64,000 nucleotides of DNA. Origin: an uncultured bacterium (lineage in GTDB: Bacteria; Patescibacteriota; Minisyncoccia; UBA6257; 2-01-FULL-56-20). The stretch spans positions 396,305-460,304 of the forward strand of contig OY970175.1 in the NCBI GenBank assembly GCA_963707865.1. Reading direction: 5' to 3'. Shown one piece after another: positions 48,492-58,299 of this stretch (position 1 is its first letter; every line of letters begins with the position of its first letter). Made by a program: the position numbers and the translations under genes. The notes under the pieces are model-generated. The model had not been told where the DNA came from, searched no databases, and saw only the letters and a list, made by a program, of their open reading frames with translations.

Positions 48492-48830
48492 CTAATATGG
48501 CCGATAAAGAAATACGATTGCTAAGACAATGATTATCCCAATGACGGCGGTAATCCCGTGTATCCACCGCAGCAATGTTATACGCTTCTTAATGTTTATA
48601 TCTCGTGCAAGAGATTCGTGTGTTTCGGCAAATTGTATAAAGTATCCAAATCGGAGATTGATGATCCCCTTACTGAGCGGGAGAATTTTATAGAGCACCG
48701 GCTTTTTATATTCTTCCCAATCGGCAGGGTGAGATTTTTTGAAATAGGACTTCAGGCTTCCCCATAAAATGAAATGGGCTATTACGAGCAGCACGAATAT
48801 TCCACCTAAAATGGCCATTCCCAGATTCAT
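48492..48830 (-). CDS. Two-TM membrane protein (cassette gene)
   Basis: Low GC; flanked by repeats at 48455 and 48869. Confidence 0.7.
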   Translation of the reverse strand: MNLGMAILGGIFVLLVIAHFILWGSLKSYFKKSHPADWEEYKKPVLYKILPLSKGIINLRFGYFIQFAETHESLARDINIKKRITLLRWIHGITAVIGIIIVLAIVFLYRPY

Positions 48831-48868
48831 ATGACTATTCTATCACAAGCTCTAAAAACAAAATCATA

Positions 48869-48895
48869 GCGCACCGGCCTGGACGATTTTCGAAC
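48869..48895 (+). repeat. att-like repeat, long form
   Basis: GCGCACCGGCCTGGACGATTTTCGAAC. Confidence 0.9.
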
Positions 48896-48915
48896 AGTTC
48901 TGATTGTGATGCAGG

Positions 48916-49182
48916 TTGGCAGATGATAAACTAGATAGCATGGATTGGCGGAATACCCCGGTGCGAGCTAGTTGGGGCATTAGTTACTTTCAGCGAGCCG
49001 TTATTGGATTGGCTTTAATTCTCATTGGGGTTATATCCAGCGCCTTCGTTCAATTCCTATCTGGACTCTTCCTTGGAATAGATTTAGACCCTTTCACGGC
49101 TGGTCTTATTGGGGTGTTGATTGTTGGGGTTGTGATTCTGATTTACGCCGTTTCTCTCAATTTTCACAAGAGAAAGAAATAG
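48916..49182 (+). CDS. Two-TM membrane protein (cassette gene)
   Basis: Hydrophobic ORF flanked by repeats at 48869 and 49192; start uncertain. Confidence 0.6.
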   Translation: MADDKLDSMDWRNTPVRASWGISYFQRAVIGLALILIGVISSAFVQFLSGLFLGIDLDPFTAGLIGVLIVGVVILIYAVSLNFHKRKK

Positions 49183-49191
49183 CAACATAAC

Positions 49192-49218
49192 ATGCACAGG
49201 CCTGGACGATTTTCGAAC
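49192..49218 (+). repeat. att-like repeat, long form
   Basis: ATGCACAGGCCTGGACGATTTTCGAAC. Confidence 0.9.
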
Positions 49219-49266
49219 GATTCTTTCTCTTTCCCAATATCTAGGGAATTGTAGTCTTTTCTAAGA

Positions 49267-50268
49267 TGTTTCATGTCCGCACATTTGTCCCCTCGATAGC
49301 TTGAAGATATTCAACCGGCGTCTTTCCCGCAAGGGCAAGATGAGGACAGACCGTGTTGTACCAGGCGCAGTACGCGGCCTGTTTTTGTTTCGCTTCGGCC
49401 ACCGTGCGGAATGATATCTTGTTCCAGAACCGTTCGCGGTCATTGCGATGCGACCGCTCCACCTTGCCGTTCTGCGCAGGATGCCCCGGGGCGATGAGAT
49501 AGTGCGTCATTTTTTGTTTTTCACAAGTAACATCAAAAGGATGCAACCGCGGCTTCAGGGGATCTGCTGACTTCGGATATCCCACGTACCGGTTCGTGAA
49601 GATTGATCCGTTATCGGTCTTCACCGCACGGATGCGGAAGGGTGCCGTAGCAATGACTTTCTCGAGAAACAAGATCGCGGTCCGCGTGGATTGTTCTTGG
49701 GTCACCCAGAGATGCCGCCACCGCGTGCAGCAATCAATCGCGGTGAACTGGTAGAGCCATTGCCCCTTGAATCTCCGCACATAAACGACATCAATCTCGA
49801 TGATCTCTCCGGGAAACGTGGCGGTCGGTTTCCACTTTGCTTTGGGCACCAACCGTTTTTTGGTTCTTGAGAGCCCCTCACGTTTCAGGACTTTGGCAAT
49901 ACCCCGCACGGAGAGCTTCAGGCCCTCGCGGGCGAGGAGATACATGAGGACATCAGGACCCAGATCCGTTGCTGTTCGCAACGATCTGATCCGATTCACG
50001 ATGGTCTGTGAGAATTGTTTCGGATGCGTGTGCGGCCTGCGCGAGTGCGACACGAGCGCATCGATCCCGCCCCTGCGATATGCCGCCACCCACCGCTTGA
50101 GCGTGCGATATGAAAACGGCGCGTGGGCAGCAATGTCCTTGATACTCATCTCTTTCTCAAGATGCGGGGTGATCCACCGCATCCGTTCCTCTGCTGCGTC
50201 TTTTGCGAGTGTTTGTGGCATATTCCCCAGCTTACACTTCAAGGGGCCATATGTATGTGCAGAGTACC
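49267..50268 (-). mobile_element. IS481-family-like insertion sequence; transposase 49271-50221
   Basis: HTH plus DDE core (IEIDV, KTDNGS, NGKVERSH); TGT terminus and imperfect inverted repeats AGGGGACAAATGT / AGGGGCCATATGT; ends approximate. Confidence 0.75.
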
Positions 50269-50358
50269 AAGAAGAATTGACTACGAGCAATATTTATGCT
50301 ATAAATCCTCGCAGAAAGACGCACTATCGGAATCAAAACTTAAAAGGAAAGGTGCCTT

Positions 50359-51249
50359 ATGAGTCAAATTAATGTGGTCGTTCCGGATGGTTCCATGCAG
50401 GCCGTCATTACCGACCTTTTTGCAAAGGCAGGGTTGCCTGTGGCGATAGAGAAAAGACGGACGAAAGAAGGTAGGGTCGGGGTTGACTGGATCAAGCGAG
50501 TTGCCTTCCAGAGGCCGCAGGAAATCCCGCAATATCTCGACGCCGGTCATTTTGACGTTGCCGTCGTGGGCGAGGATTGGATCGCTAACTGGGGCTTAAC
50601 ATTCCCCGTTCTGCTCAAACTGCCCATCGGCCGCAGCGGCAACAAGCCCGTCAAAATCGTTCTGGCGGTGAATCAAGCCAGTGGTTTTCGACGGGTGGAA
50701 GAGCTGCCTCAAGGCTGTGAAGTGGCAACTGAATACGTCCAACTAGTCGAGAGGTTCTTCGCTAGGCAGGGAAGGGCTGACATCGAGGTTGTCCCATCCT
50801 TTGGCAACACCGAACACAAGATTGGATTCGGTGCGACGGCAATCGTTGACGTGACAGAGAGCGGCGATTCTCTGAAAGAAAATGGACTCGAAGTGATTCA
50901 CGAAATAATGGAGTCCAATACCGTTGTCGTGGCGAACCATGATTCGCTGGCCGATGAATCTAAGCGTCCATACATCGATTGTCTCGTCCAACTCATCAAG
51001 GGTGCATTTCAGGCATCGCAACACGTAATGCTTGTAGCCAATGTACCCAAGAAGGTTCTGGGCGATGCGAGTCGCATCATCGGAGGACTCAAGGGGCCTT
51101 CCTGTTCGCCGCTCATGGGTATCATAGGATGGTTCGCCCTCCAATCTGTTGTGGCTCGAAAAGACGAACAAAAGATAATTTTCGAGTTGCTGCAGATAGG
51201 AGTCACCGACATCCTCGTTAATCGAGACATTCCCTTGATGATGTCTTAG
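50359..51249 (+). CDS. hisG: ATP phosphoribosyltransferase (long form)
   Basis: RPQEIPQY, VATEY, AIVDVTESGDSLKENGL, C-terminal regulatory domain. Confidence 0.9.
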   Translation: MSQINVVVPDGSMQAVITDLFAKAGLPVAIEKRRTKEGRVGVDWIKRVAFQRPQEIPQYLDAGHFDVAVVGEDWIANWGLTFPVLLKLPIGRSGNKPVKIVLAVNQASGFRRVEELPQGCEVATEYVQLVERFFARQGRADIEVVPSFGNTEHKIGFGATAIVDVTESGDSLKENGLEVIHEIMESNTVVVANHDSLADESKRPYIDCLVQLIKGAFQASQHVMLVANVPKKVLGDASRIIGGLKGPSCSPLMGIIGWFALQSVVARKDEQKIIFELLQIGVTDILVNRDIPLMMS

Positions 51250-51348
51250 ACGCCGCAAAGGCAACATGGCTTTCGGGCGGTCGCCAAATCATAAAGTACC
51301 GCCCACAACACACCACCTCAGACGTGGTGTTGCGCATTTTTATATTTT

Positions 51349-51370
51349 GTGCGCAGGCCAGGATTCGAAC
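51349..51370 (+). repeat. att-like repeat, short form
   Basis: GTGCGCAGGCCAGGATTCGAAC. Confidence 0.8.
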
Positions 51371-51412
51371 AACTAATCTCATTAATATAAACCGTGCCGG
51401 CAGGGGTGTTGG

Positions 51413-51590
51413 GGTCTCCTGTGTTTTTGTTTTCGAAGAACCTAGCGGAGGCGAGGAATCAGCGCTCTCCGAGCGAGCAGAAAATTTGACAGGACCCCCG
51501 CCGAAGGCGAGAGGGTGGCAAATTTTTGTAAGCGAGCGAGGAGAGCGCCCGAGCCGAAGCGGGTTCGAGAAAACAAAAACACAGGAGACC
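51413..51590. repeat. Long hairpin family A, copy 3
   Basis: Perfect 22-bp arms GGTCTCCTGTGTTTTTGTTTTC; core nearly identical to copy 2. Confidence 0.88.
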
Positions 51591-51618
51591 AAAAACTCCC
51601 GCCGAAGCGGGAGTTTTT
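51591..51618 (-). terminator. Intrinsic terminator after rpsJ
   Basis: AAAAACTCCCGC-CGAA-GCGGGAGTTTTT. Confidence 0.8.
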
Positions 51619-51619
51619 G

Positions 51620-51949
51620 TTAGACCATTTTCACTTCCACGTCCACCCCGGCGGGAAGATTGAGGTTCGTGAGCGATTCAATGATCTTCTGGCTCGGATT
51701 CAGGATCTCCACAAGGCGCTTGTGCACGCGGAGCTCAAATTGTTCGCGCGAGTCCTTATGGACGAAGGTTGATCGGTTCACGGTATAGTGCCTGATCTCC
51801 GTGGGCAGCGGAATCGGACCGTTAACCTTCGCGTCGTTCCGTTCAGCGGTCTCAATGATCTGGCGCGCCGAATTGTCAATCAGCTTGTGGTCGTAGGATT
51901 TGATCCGCAACCGGATCTTTTGTGGCGTTTCCGATTCCTTCTTTGCCAT
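51620..51949 (-). CDS. rpsJ: 30S ribosomal protein S10
   Basis: [17 protein letters not shown]. Confidence 0.97.
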   Translation of the reverse strand: MAKKESETPQKIRLRIKSYDHKLIDNSARQIIETAERNDAKVNGPIPLPTEIRHYTVNRSTFVHKDSREQFELRVHKRLVEILNPSQKIIESLTNLNLPAGVDVEVKMV

Positions 51950-51950
51950 A

Positions 51951-53150
51951 TTATTTGATGATCTTTGTAACCGCGCCGGCGCCTACGGTGTGGCCGCCTT
52001 CGCGAATGGCGAAGCGCTGTTTGTCCTCAAGCGCGACCGGAGAGATAAGCTTCACAGTGATTTTCACGGTGTCGCCTGGCATTACCATCTCCATGCCCTG
52101 CGGCAAGGTTACTTCACCAGTCACGTCGGTCGTCCGGATATAGAACTGCGGCTTATAGCCCGAGAAGAACGGCGAGTGCCTGCCTCCTTCCTCTTTGGAA
52201 AGCACGTACACCTCCGCCTCAAATTCAGAGTGTGGCGTGACGGAACCCGGCTTTGCAATCACCTGACCGCGCTCAACATCCTCTTTCTTCAATCCGCGGA
52301 GCAGGGCACCGATGTTGTCGCCCGCCATGCCTTCATCCAAAAGCTTGTTGAACATTTCAATACCCGTGATGACGGTCTTCGCCGTTGGCCGAAGGCCCAC
52401 GATCTCAACCTCTTCGTTCACTTTCACTTTCCCGCGCTCTACGCGGCCGGTTACGACCGTGCCGCGGCCCTCAATAGAAAAGATGTCTTCAATCGGCATG
52501 AGGAACGGCTTATCAATGTCGCGGACCGGCGTCGGAATGTAGTCGTCCAGGGCCTTTACGAGATCCAAGATCGGCTTCGCGTCCGGGTCGTCCGGCGATT
52601 TCACATTCAATGCCTTCAATGCAGAACCACGGATAACGGGGGCGCTGTCGCCGTCAAAGTGATATTTCTTCAAGAGCTCGCGTACCTCGGATTCCACGAG
52701 ATCAATCAATTCCGGATCGTCCACCTGGTCGCACTTGTTCAAGAACACCACGATCTTCGGCACGCCCACCTGATACGCAAGCAGGATGTGCTCGCGTGTC
52801 TGCGGCATCGGACCGTCGGTCGCAGCGACCACAAGGATCGCACCGTCCATCTGGGCGGCACCCGTGATCATGTTCTTGATGTAGTCCGCGTGTCCCGGTG
52901 CGTCAATGTGCGCGTAGTGCCGCTTCTCCGAAGAATATTCAGAGTGGTGTAGCGCAATGGTAATACCGCGCGCTTTCTCTTCGGGAGCATTGTCAATCTG
53001 GTCAACGCCCTCTTCTTTCTTGGCCAGACCCTTCATGAACAAAATGTGTGTGATCGCGGCGGTCAAGGTCGTCTTTCCGTGATCCACGTGCCCGATCGTG
53101 CCCACGTTCACGTGCGGCTTGGATCGGTCAAATTTTTCTTTTTCTGCCAT
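51951..53150 (-). CDS. tuf: Elongation factor Tu
   Basis: [17 protein letters not shown]. Confidence 0.99.
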   Translation of the reverse strand: MAEKEKFDRSKPHVNVGTIGHVDHGKTTLTAAITHILFMKGLAKKEEGVDQIDNAPEEKARGITIALHHSEYSSEKRHYAHIDAPGHADYIKNMITGAAQMDGAILVVAATDGPMPQTREHILLAYQVGVPKIVVFLNKCDQVDDPELIDLVESEVRELLKKYHFDGDSAPVIRGSALKALNVKSPDDPDAKPILDLVKALDDYIPTPVRDIDKPFLMPIEDIFSIEGRGTVVTGRVERGKVKVNEEVEIVGLRPTAKTVITGIEMFNKLLDEGMAGDNIGALLRGLKKEDVERGQVIAKPGSVTPHSEFEAEVYVLSKEEGGRHSPFFSGYKPQFYIRTTDVTGEVTLPQGMEMVMPGDTVKITVKLISPVALEDKQRFAIREGGHTVGAGAVTKIIK

Positions 53151-53285
53151 ATTGTTGTTTGTTAATTTTTTTATTTTGACCCGCGTCACTTCGCAAAAAA
53201 GCAATAGCCAATCGACCTAAAACACTCCCTTGCGAAGGATAACAAAAGCTATTGTACTCCCTACGCCCCCGCGCGTCAAATCCGC

Positions 53286-53450
53286 AGAGCCCATTCCAGA
53301 ACGCAGCAGCATGAGGATTATAAATCATTTTCGAGCGAGCAACGTGAATCCCGACGAAGGAATACCCTTGTGGTATTGCGAGGAGGGATTCGCGTTGCGC
53401 AGCCGAAAATGGACATAAGAGTCATACGGCTACGTTCTGGAATGGGCTCT
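53286..53450. repeat. Long bulged hairpin overlapping the rplU stop
   Basis: Perfect 18-bp arms AGAGCCCATTCCAGAACG / CGTTCTGGAATGGGCTCT with nested stems. Confidence 0.8.
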
Positions 53451-53760
53451 AGACTTTTTTAACCCGAACCTCCGCATATTCCTGCCGATGTCCCTTCTTT
53501 TTGCGAAACCGCGTTTTGGAATGATACTTAAAAACGATCTTTTTTTTCTCGCGCCCCACGCCGAGCAATTCCGCTTCCACCGAAATATTCGTAAGGTAGG
53601 GAGTACCGATTTCCACACGGCCGTCCTCGGACCGCAAAAGCACCTTATCAAAAACCACGGCGCCGCCTTCGGCGCTTGTCTTTTCTATTTTTAGCTTCTC
53701 CCCGGCGGAAACTTTGTATTGCTTCCCGCCAGTTTGAATCACCGCGAAGTCCTGTGCCAT
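53449..53760 (-). CDS. rplU: 50S ribosomal protein L21
   Basis: AVIQTGGKQYKV, KKGHRQ. Confidence 0.97.
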   Translation of the reverse strand: MAQDFAVIQTGGKQYKVSAGEKLKIEKTSAEGGAVVFDKVLLRSEDGRVEIGTPYLTNISVEAELLGVGREKKKIVFKYHSKTRFRKKKGHRQEYAEVRVKKV

Positions 53761-53764
53761 GCCA

Positions 53765-54115
53765 TCAATTAACGCTAATGATAGCCGCAAAGCCGATAAA
53801 AAGCAAGATGGCGAGGACGAGGGTAACCGCAGCGGCGCACTTCCCCAAAAAGCGGCTCCTCTCCTCAAGCTCAAGCGCGATAACGAAATTCATGATGACG
53901 GCCGCGATCCCAAACGCTGCGATAAAGACGAAATTCGCCGGCGTGCCGACGGCAGTGATTCCCTCAAGATCGTTGTAATGAAGAATCATCGGAGAACTCA
54001 TGGAAGTAGTATGCAGCGCGAGGCGCGACCACAAGGCGCCGCCCGCCACGAAAAGAAGCGCCGCAAGCGACATTACGCTGACTTCCCTGTGCTTAAGCAT
54101 TTTCTTCCACATCAT
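53765..54115 (-). CDS. Three-TM membrane protein
   Basis: Hydrophobic helices, ILHYN motif. Confidence 0.7.
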   Translation of the reverse strand: MMWKKMLKHREVSVMSLAALLFVAGGALWSRLALHTTSMSSPMILHYNDLEGITAVGTPANFVFIAAFGIAAVIMNFVIALELEERSRFLGKCAAAVTLVLAILLFIGFAAIISVN

Positions 54116-55125
54116 AACCCCAATGATGATCCGACCCTCTCCCCTCGCAGCACCGCAGCGGCGGCGTCCGGCGGAACGACGTTGATATTCACGATGGTGG
54201 AGATCTCAAATCCTCCCGGAGGAGAAATCACGTCCACCGGCACGACTTCAATATGCCAGTGATGATATGGATATTTGCGACCGTCCACGGGGGCGTCGTG
54301 GATAAAGAAATTGATGTCCGGATCATGGAGATACTTCTTTATCCGGCGCATCACGGACCGCAGCAAGCGTGCGGTATCTCCAAGAACCGCATCCGGGGTC
54401 TTCACGAAATATGACGCGTGGCGTCGCGGAAGAATGCTCACTTCAAAGGGGCGCTTAGCCGCATAGGGAACGAATGCGATTGCATGGCGGTTCTCCGCCA
54501 CTATCCGCGTTTTCTCCTTCCGCTCCTCCGCGACGATGTCGCAGCGCACACAACGGCGGTGCTGCTTGAAATACTGCAGGGCACCATGAAGAGATTTCAT
54601 AGCGTGCGGAGGAATGATCGGCAACGCAAGGATCTGGTAGTGGGGGTGCGAAAGTGAAGCGCCCGCCCCCCGTCCCCAATTAAAGAATGCGGAAGTGTAT
54701 GCGCTGCACGCATCCTTCGCGATTGCCCGGTATCGTTCCCGGATTGCCGTAAAGACATTGCACGCTTCCCCTGTGGCGAGTTCAGAAAAATTTTTCCGGT
54801 GGTCGCGGGTGATGACAATCTCGTGGTCCCCCACGCCGGTCTTTACATGATACAAGCCGCGCGAAATACCCGTAGCGCAACGCGCGCCATGCGCGAGCGC
54901 AGGGTACTTATTGTGGATGATGGCAATCTTCCAGTGCGCTTCGTCGGGATACATTGCGATCGGCGGCCAGTTTCCGGATTTTTTCAGATCTTCAAATGGA
55001 CATCCGCGTTTGGGCGATGTCTCGCGCGGTCCTCTGCGCGCGAAAAGTTCTTCGGGACGCTTGGCGCGCCCGGGCGCAATAATGGTCCAATCGCCGGAAA
55101 CGGGGTCTTCGCGAAATTCACTCAT
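54112..55125 (-). CDS. galT: Galactose-1-phosphate uridylyltransferase family
   Basis: RAKRP, NKYPAL, GASLSHPHYQ, GGFE. Confidence 0.88.
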   Translation of the reverse strand: MSEFREDPVSGDWTIIAPGRAKRPEELFARRGPRETSPKRGCPFEDLKKSGNWPPIAMYPDEAHWKIAIIHNKYPALAHGARCATGISRGLYHVKTGVGDHEIVITRDHRKNFSELATGEACNVFTAIRERYRAIAKDACSAYTSAFFNWGRGAGASLSHPHYQILALPIIPPHAMKSLHGALQYFKQHRRCVRCDIVAEERKEKTRIVAENRHAIAFVPYAAKRPFEVSILPRRHASYFVKTPDAVLGDTARLLRSVMRRIKKYLHDPDINFFIHDAPVDGRKYPYHHWHIEVVPVDVISPPGGFEISTIVNINVVPPDAAAAVLRGERVGSSLGL

Positions 55126-55132
55126 AGAAAAT

Positions 55133-57085
55133 TTATTGGTGGACGCCGGGGGTGCTGCTCGGTGAATTCGCAGCCGGCTGCGCGACGATCCTATTCCAAT
55201 AATACCAACTCATCACATCCTTTGCTATCGGCACCGCATTCAAGCTTCCTTCCTTTGAGTTCTCAATAAGGACAAGGATGGACACCTGCGGATTCTCGCA
55301 CGGCATATAGCCCACAAAGAGCGCGTTCTCCTGCTGGTTGTTCGCTACTTGCGCGCTGCCGGTCTTCGCACACACATCTATCGGCAAATCATGCAATGAA
55401 TACGCCGTTCCCTGCGGCGACGCTACCCCTTCCCGCATCCCCTGCTGCACTTCTTGTATCTGCGGAAGAAGGCCCACGAGATCCTCCGTGATCTGTAGAG
55501 TGGAAGCGGCATTCAGGAACGGCCGGTAAATTTTTCCGCCGTTGCCAATGGCGCCGATGTAGTCCAAAAGCTGGAGCGGACCCATAAGCAGGTCGCCTTG
55601 GCCAATGGAAACATTGTAGGTGTCGCCGAGGAGCCAGGGCGTTCCCATGCGTTTCTGTTTCCAATCCGGCGTGGGCAGGAATCCATCCGCTTCGTCCGGC
55701 ATGTCAATGCCGGTCGGCTTCCCGAGGCCGAATGTTTCCCACCATTTGTGCAATCGATCAATACCGAGACCCGAAATGCCGTAGTCGCTCGGATCATTCA
55801 AAGACGGCGTGCTTGCCGGCGGCGAACCGCCACCGACAACGTAGAAATACACGTCCGACGATTGCGCGAGCGCGGATGCCAAGTCCACGCTTCCCTGATA
55901 ACGCCAGTCCAGATACCGGCTCGGCGTTGAAGAATTGTACGGATTTGGCACAAAGAGATAGCCGGGTGAAAAGATGGTGCGTTGCGGGTCGATCACGCCT
56001 TCTTTGAGCGCCGCCACGGCATCCAGGGGCTTCACGGTGGAACCGGGATTGTAGAACCCACTCACGGCACGGTTGAAAAGCGGCTTGTCGGAGGAAGAAA
56101 GCAAACGCGCTATCTCCGCCGTCCCGTCGGCACTGGATTGCGAGAACACATTGTTGTCAAAACCAGGAAGATTGATGAGCGAAAGCACTTCGCCCGTCTG
56201 CGGATCTATCGCGAGGCCCACGCCCACGGTCCTCCCGAGCGACCGCAAACCGCTTGCGAGGCGCGAATAGAAATACGACTGCAGCTCTCCGTCAATCGTA
56301 AGATGAAGCGAGTCACCGACCTGCGGCGCGGATCGTTGTTCTTCGCGGAGCAACGCACCCTGCGCATTCTTGTATTGCACCGTCACTCCGGGCTTTCCGC
56401 GCACCGCATCGTCGTAGTATGCCTCAACACCCATTTTGCCTATGAAATCGGTGCCATTTAAGGATGGATTTGTCTTTAGGTCGCTTCCGCTCACGCGGCC
56501 CGTATAACCGATAACCGAGGAGAACACGGGCCCTTTGGGATAGTCGCGGATGAATTCGCTCTCCACTTTGATCGTCGCGAGGTTCGTTGCTTGGAGATTC
56601 ACAAGCTCGTTCTGCGTAAGGTTTTCCGCAAGGACGACCGGCGTCGCGAAATCCTGCGCGGCGGCCTGATTCACAAGGTTCGTGAAATCGTAGGAAGTGA
56701 TACCGAGCACGCTTTGCGCGATGCGCGCGGTATCTGCGCGAAGCGACTCGTCGTTCACATATGCGCGCGTGTCAAGCACCGCCGCGAACGCCGCCTTGCT
56801 TTCCGCGAGCACGTCGCCTTCGCGGTCGTAGATCGTGCCGCGCGGCGCCGGCGCCATTTTGTATTCTGCCACATTGTCTTCCGCCCGCGCCGCGTAATAC
56901 GCGCCGCTTGCCCAATTAAGATAGATAATCCGCGCCGCGACCGCGAGCGTAACGCAAAAAACAGCTGCCCCAAGCCAAAGGAATGGCCGGTGTCCAATGG
57001 GAACCTCCGCCATGTCCAAATCGCGGCTCCAATCGTCGTGCAACGAATCTTCAAAAGCGACTTCGCGGAAACGATCCTGCTTCAT
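55133..57085 (-). CDS. mrdA: Penicillin-binding protein 2
   Basis: PGSTVK, SSDVYFY, KTGSAQ; follows mreBCD. Confidence 0.9.
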   Translation of the reverse strand: MKQDRFREVAFEDSLHDDWSRDLDMAEVPIGHRPFLWLGAAVFCVTLAVAARIIYLNWASGAYYAARAEDNVAEYKMAPAPRGTIYDREGDVLAESKAAFAAVLDTRAYVNDESLRADTARIAQSVLGITSYDFTNLVNQAAAQDFATPVVLAENLTQNELVNLQATNLATIKVESEFIRDYPKGPVFSSVIGYTGRVSGSDLKTNPSLNGTDFIGKMGVEAYYDDAVRGKPGVTVQYKNAQGALLREEQRSAPQVGDSLHLTIDGELQSYFYSRLASGLRSLGRTVGVGLAIDPQTGEVLSLINLPGFDNNVFSQSSADGTAEIARLLSSSDKPLFNRAVSGFYNPGSTVKPLDAVAALKEGVIDPQRTIFSPGYLFVPNPYNSSTPSRYLDWRYQGSVDLASALAQSSDVYFYVVGGGSPPASTPSLNDPSDYGISGLGIDRLHKWWETFGLGKPTGIDMPDEADGFLPTPDWKQKRMGTPWLLGDTYNVSIGQGDLLMGPLQLLDYIGAIGNGGKIYRPFLNAASTLQITEDLVGLLPQIQEVQQGMREGVASPQGTAYSLHDLPIDVCAKTGSAQVANNQQENALFVGYMPCENPQVSILVLIENSKEGSLNAVPIAKDVMSWYYWNRIVAQPAANSPSSTPGVHQ

Positions 57086-57184
57086 CGGTTCTTAGCATAG
57101 AACCCATCTCACAAATAGGCAATCACATATCGCGAGGGATTTTCGAGCGAGAGCAGCCGAAACTGGCCGGAAGAGACGAATATC

Positions 57185-57622
57185 CTACTTTTGAAATGAG
57201 TTCTGGAGCAGGAAGAAAACGCACGTGCCGAAAAGCAAACCTGCCGCGAGATCCGGCAAAAACAGCCGCCACGATGCGAGGAATGCCGCGGGCGCAGCCG
57301 CGATGGCAAGCGTAAGAAATCCGAGGAAGATCGCGACGAGGTTTTCAAACCACGGCTGCGAGCGGAACGCATCGCGCAAAAAGTAGACTGCAAAAGGAAA
57401 CAATGCGAACACGAGTATCTCCGCGCTCACGGCCGGCTGCCAGTTGATGATAAAAACCGCGACGAGGACAAGAAATGCCAATTCCCAAAATCCGAATACC
57501 AACGCGAACGCAATGAGCGCGGCGAAAGAAAAATCAAAATACACGTTCGCCGCGGCAAGCGAGAACTGGAGCGCAAGCGCGATGAGCAGGAGCACGAGGC
57601 CGGCAAGCAGTTTTAGGGTCAT
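57185..57622 (-). CDS. MreD-like membrane protein
   Basis: Multi-TM protein between mreC and mrdA. Confidence 0.65.
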   Translation of the reverse strand: MTLKLLAGLVLLLIALALQFSLAAANVYFDFSFAALIAFALVFGFWELAFLVLVAVFIINWQPAVSAEILVFALFPFAVYFLRDAFRSQPWFENLVAIFLGFLTLAIAAAPAAFLASWRLFLPDLAAGLLFGTCVFFLLQNSFQK

Positions 57623-58287
57623 CGGGCGATGGCAACGACTTGCATGCCGTTGCTGTCGTAGGCGAACGTGAGGGCCGCTTCTTCAAAAAGATTGTCTGCG
57701 GATGTGGTCGTGCTTTGGACAGTGGCAACTGGAAGTCCGTATGGCAATCCCTCCGCCGCGGCATAGACGATATCGCCCGCATGCACCGTGGCACTTTTCG
57801 CCATAGAAGCAACTAAGGGAGATGCGCCGCCTACAAGCAGGCCGTCATTCCCCGCCGCGCCGACGCGCACTGGTAGTTTAAAGTTGCCGTCAAACACCGT
57901 CCGAATGAGCGAGGAATCAGGAAACGTTTTTTCTACGACGCCGACGAGGATTCCTTGAAACACCACTGCCTTGCCCCCCGCGACGCCCTCGTTCGCGCCT
58001 GCATCAACAAGAAATTCATTTTTGAAATTAAAAGGGTAGCGCGAATACACCATGGCAGAAAGGTACGCGGGCGAGGAACTGGGCAATTGCGCGGCGACGC
58101 GCGCGAGTTGCGCAAGCTCGGCTTTCAACTCCTCGTTTTCCGCGACGAGAACGCTACTGCTCGCTTGGGGTGCCGCAAGAGGATCGAGCCACGCCCGTAC
58201 CCGCGCGCCGTACTGCGGCGCAAGAAACACAAGCACGATCAAGATGACAATGCATGCTACGAGAGACCATCCGTCACGCTTCTTCAC
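57619..58287 (-). CDS. mreC: Rod shape-determining protein MreC
   Basis: TM, coiled coil, DAGANEGV, LVGVV, GLPYGLPV. Confidence 0.85.
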   Translation of the reverse strand: MKKRDGWSLVACIVILIVLVFLAPQYGARVRAWLDPLAAPQASSSVLVAENEELKAELAQLARVAAQLPSSSPAYLSAMVYSRYPFNFKNEFLVDAGANEGVAGGKAVVFQGILVGVVEKTFPDSSLIRTVFDGNFKLPVRVGAAGNDGLLVGGASPLVASMAKSATVHAGDIVYAAAEGLPYGLPVATVQSTTTSADNLFEEAALTFAYDSNGMQVVAIAR

Positions 58288-58299
58288 ATTAGAAGAAAA

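Noticed and set aside
48455-49218. Three 27-bp direct repeats as a CRISPR array
   Set aside because: The spacers are 300-390 bp and contain genes, and there are no cas genes in the window.
32283-51370. Short att-like repeats as tRNA genes
   Set aside because: Only T-loop and acceptor-like sequence is present; no D arm or anticodon arm can be folded.
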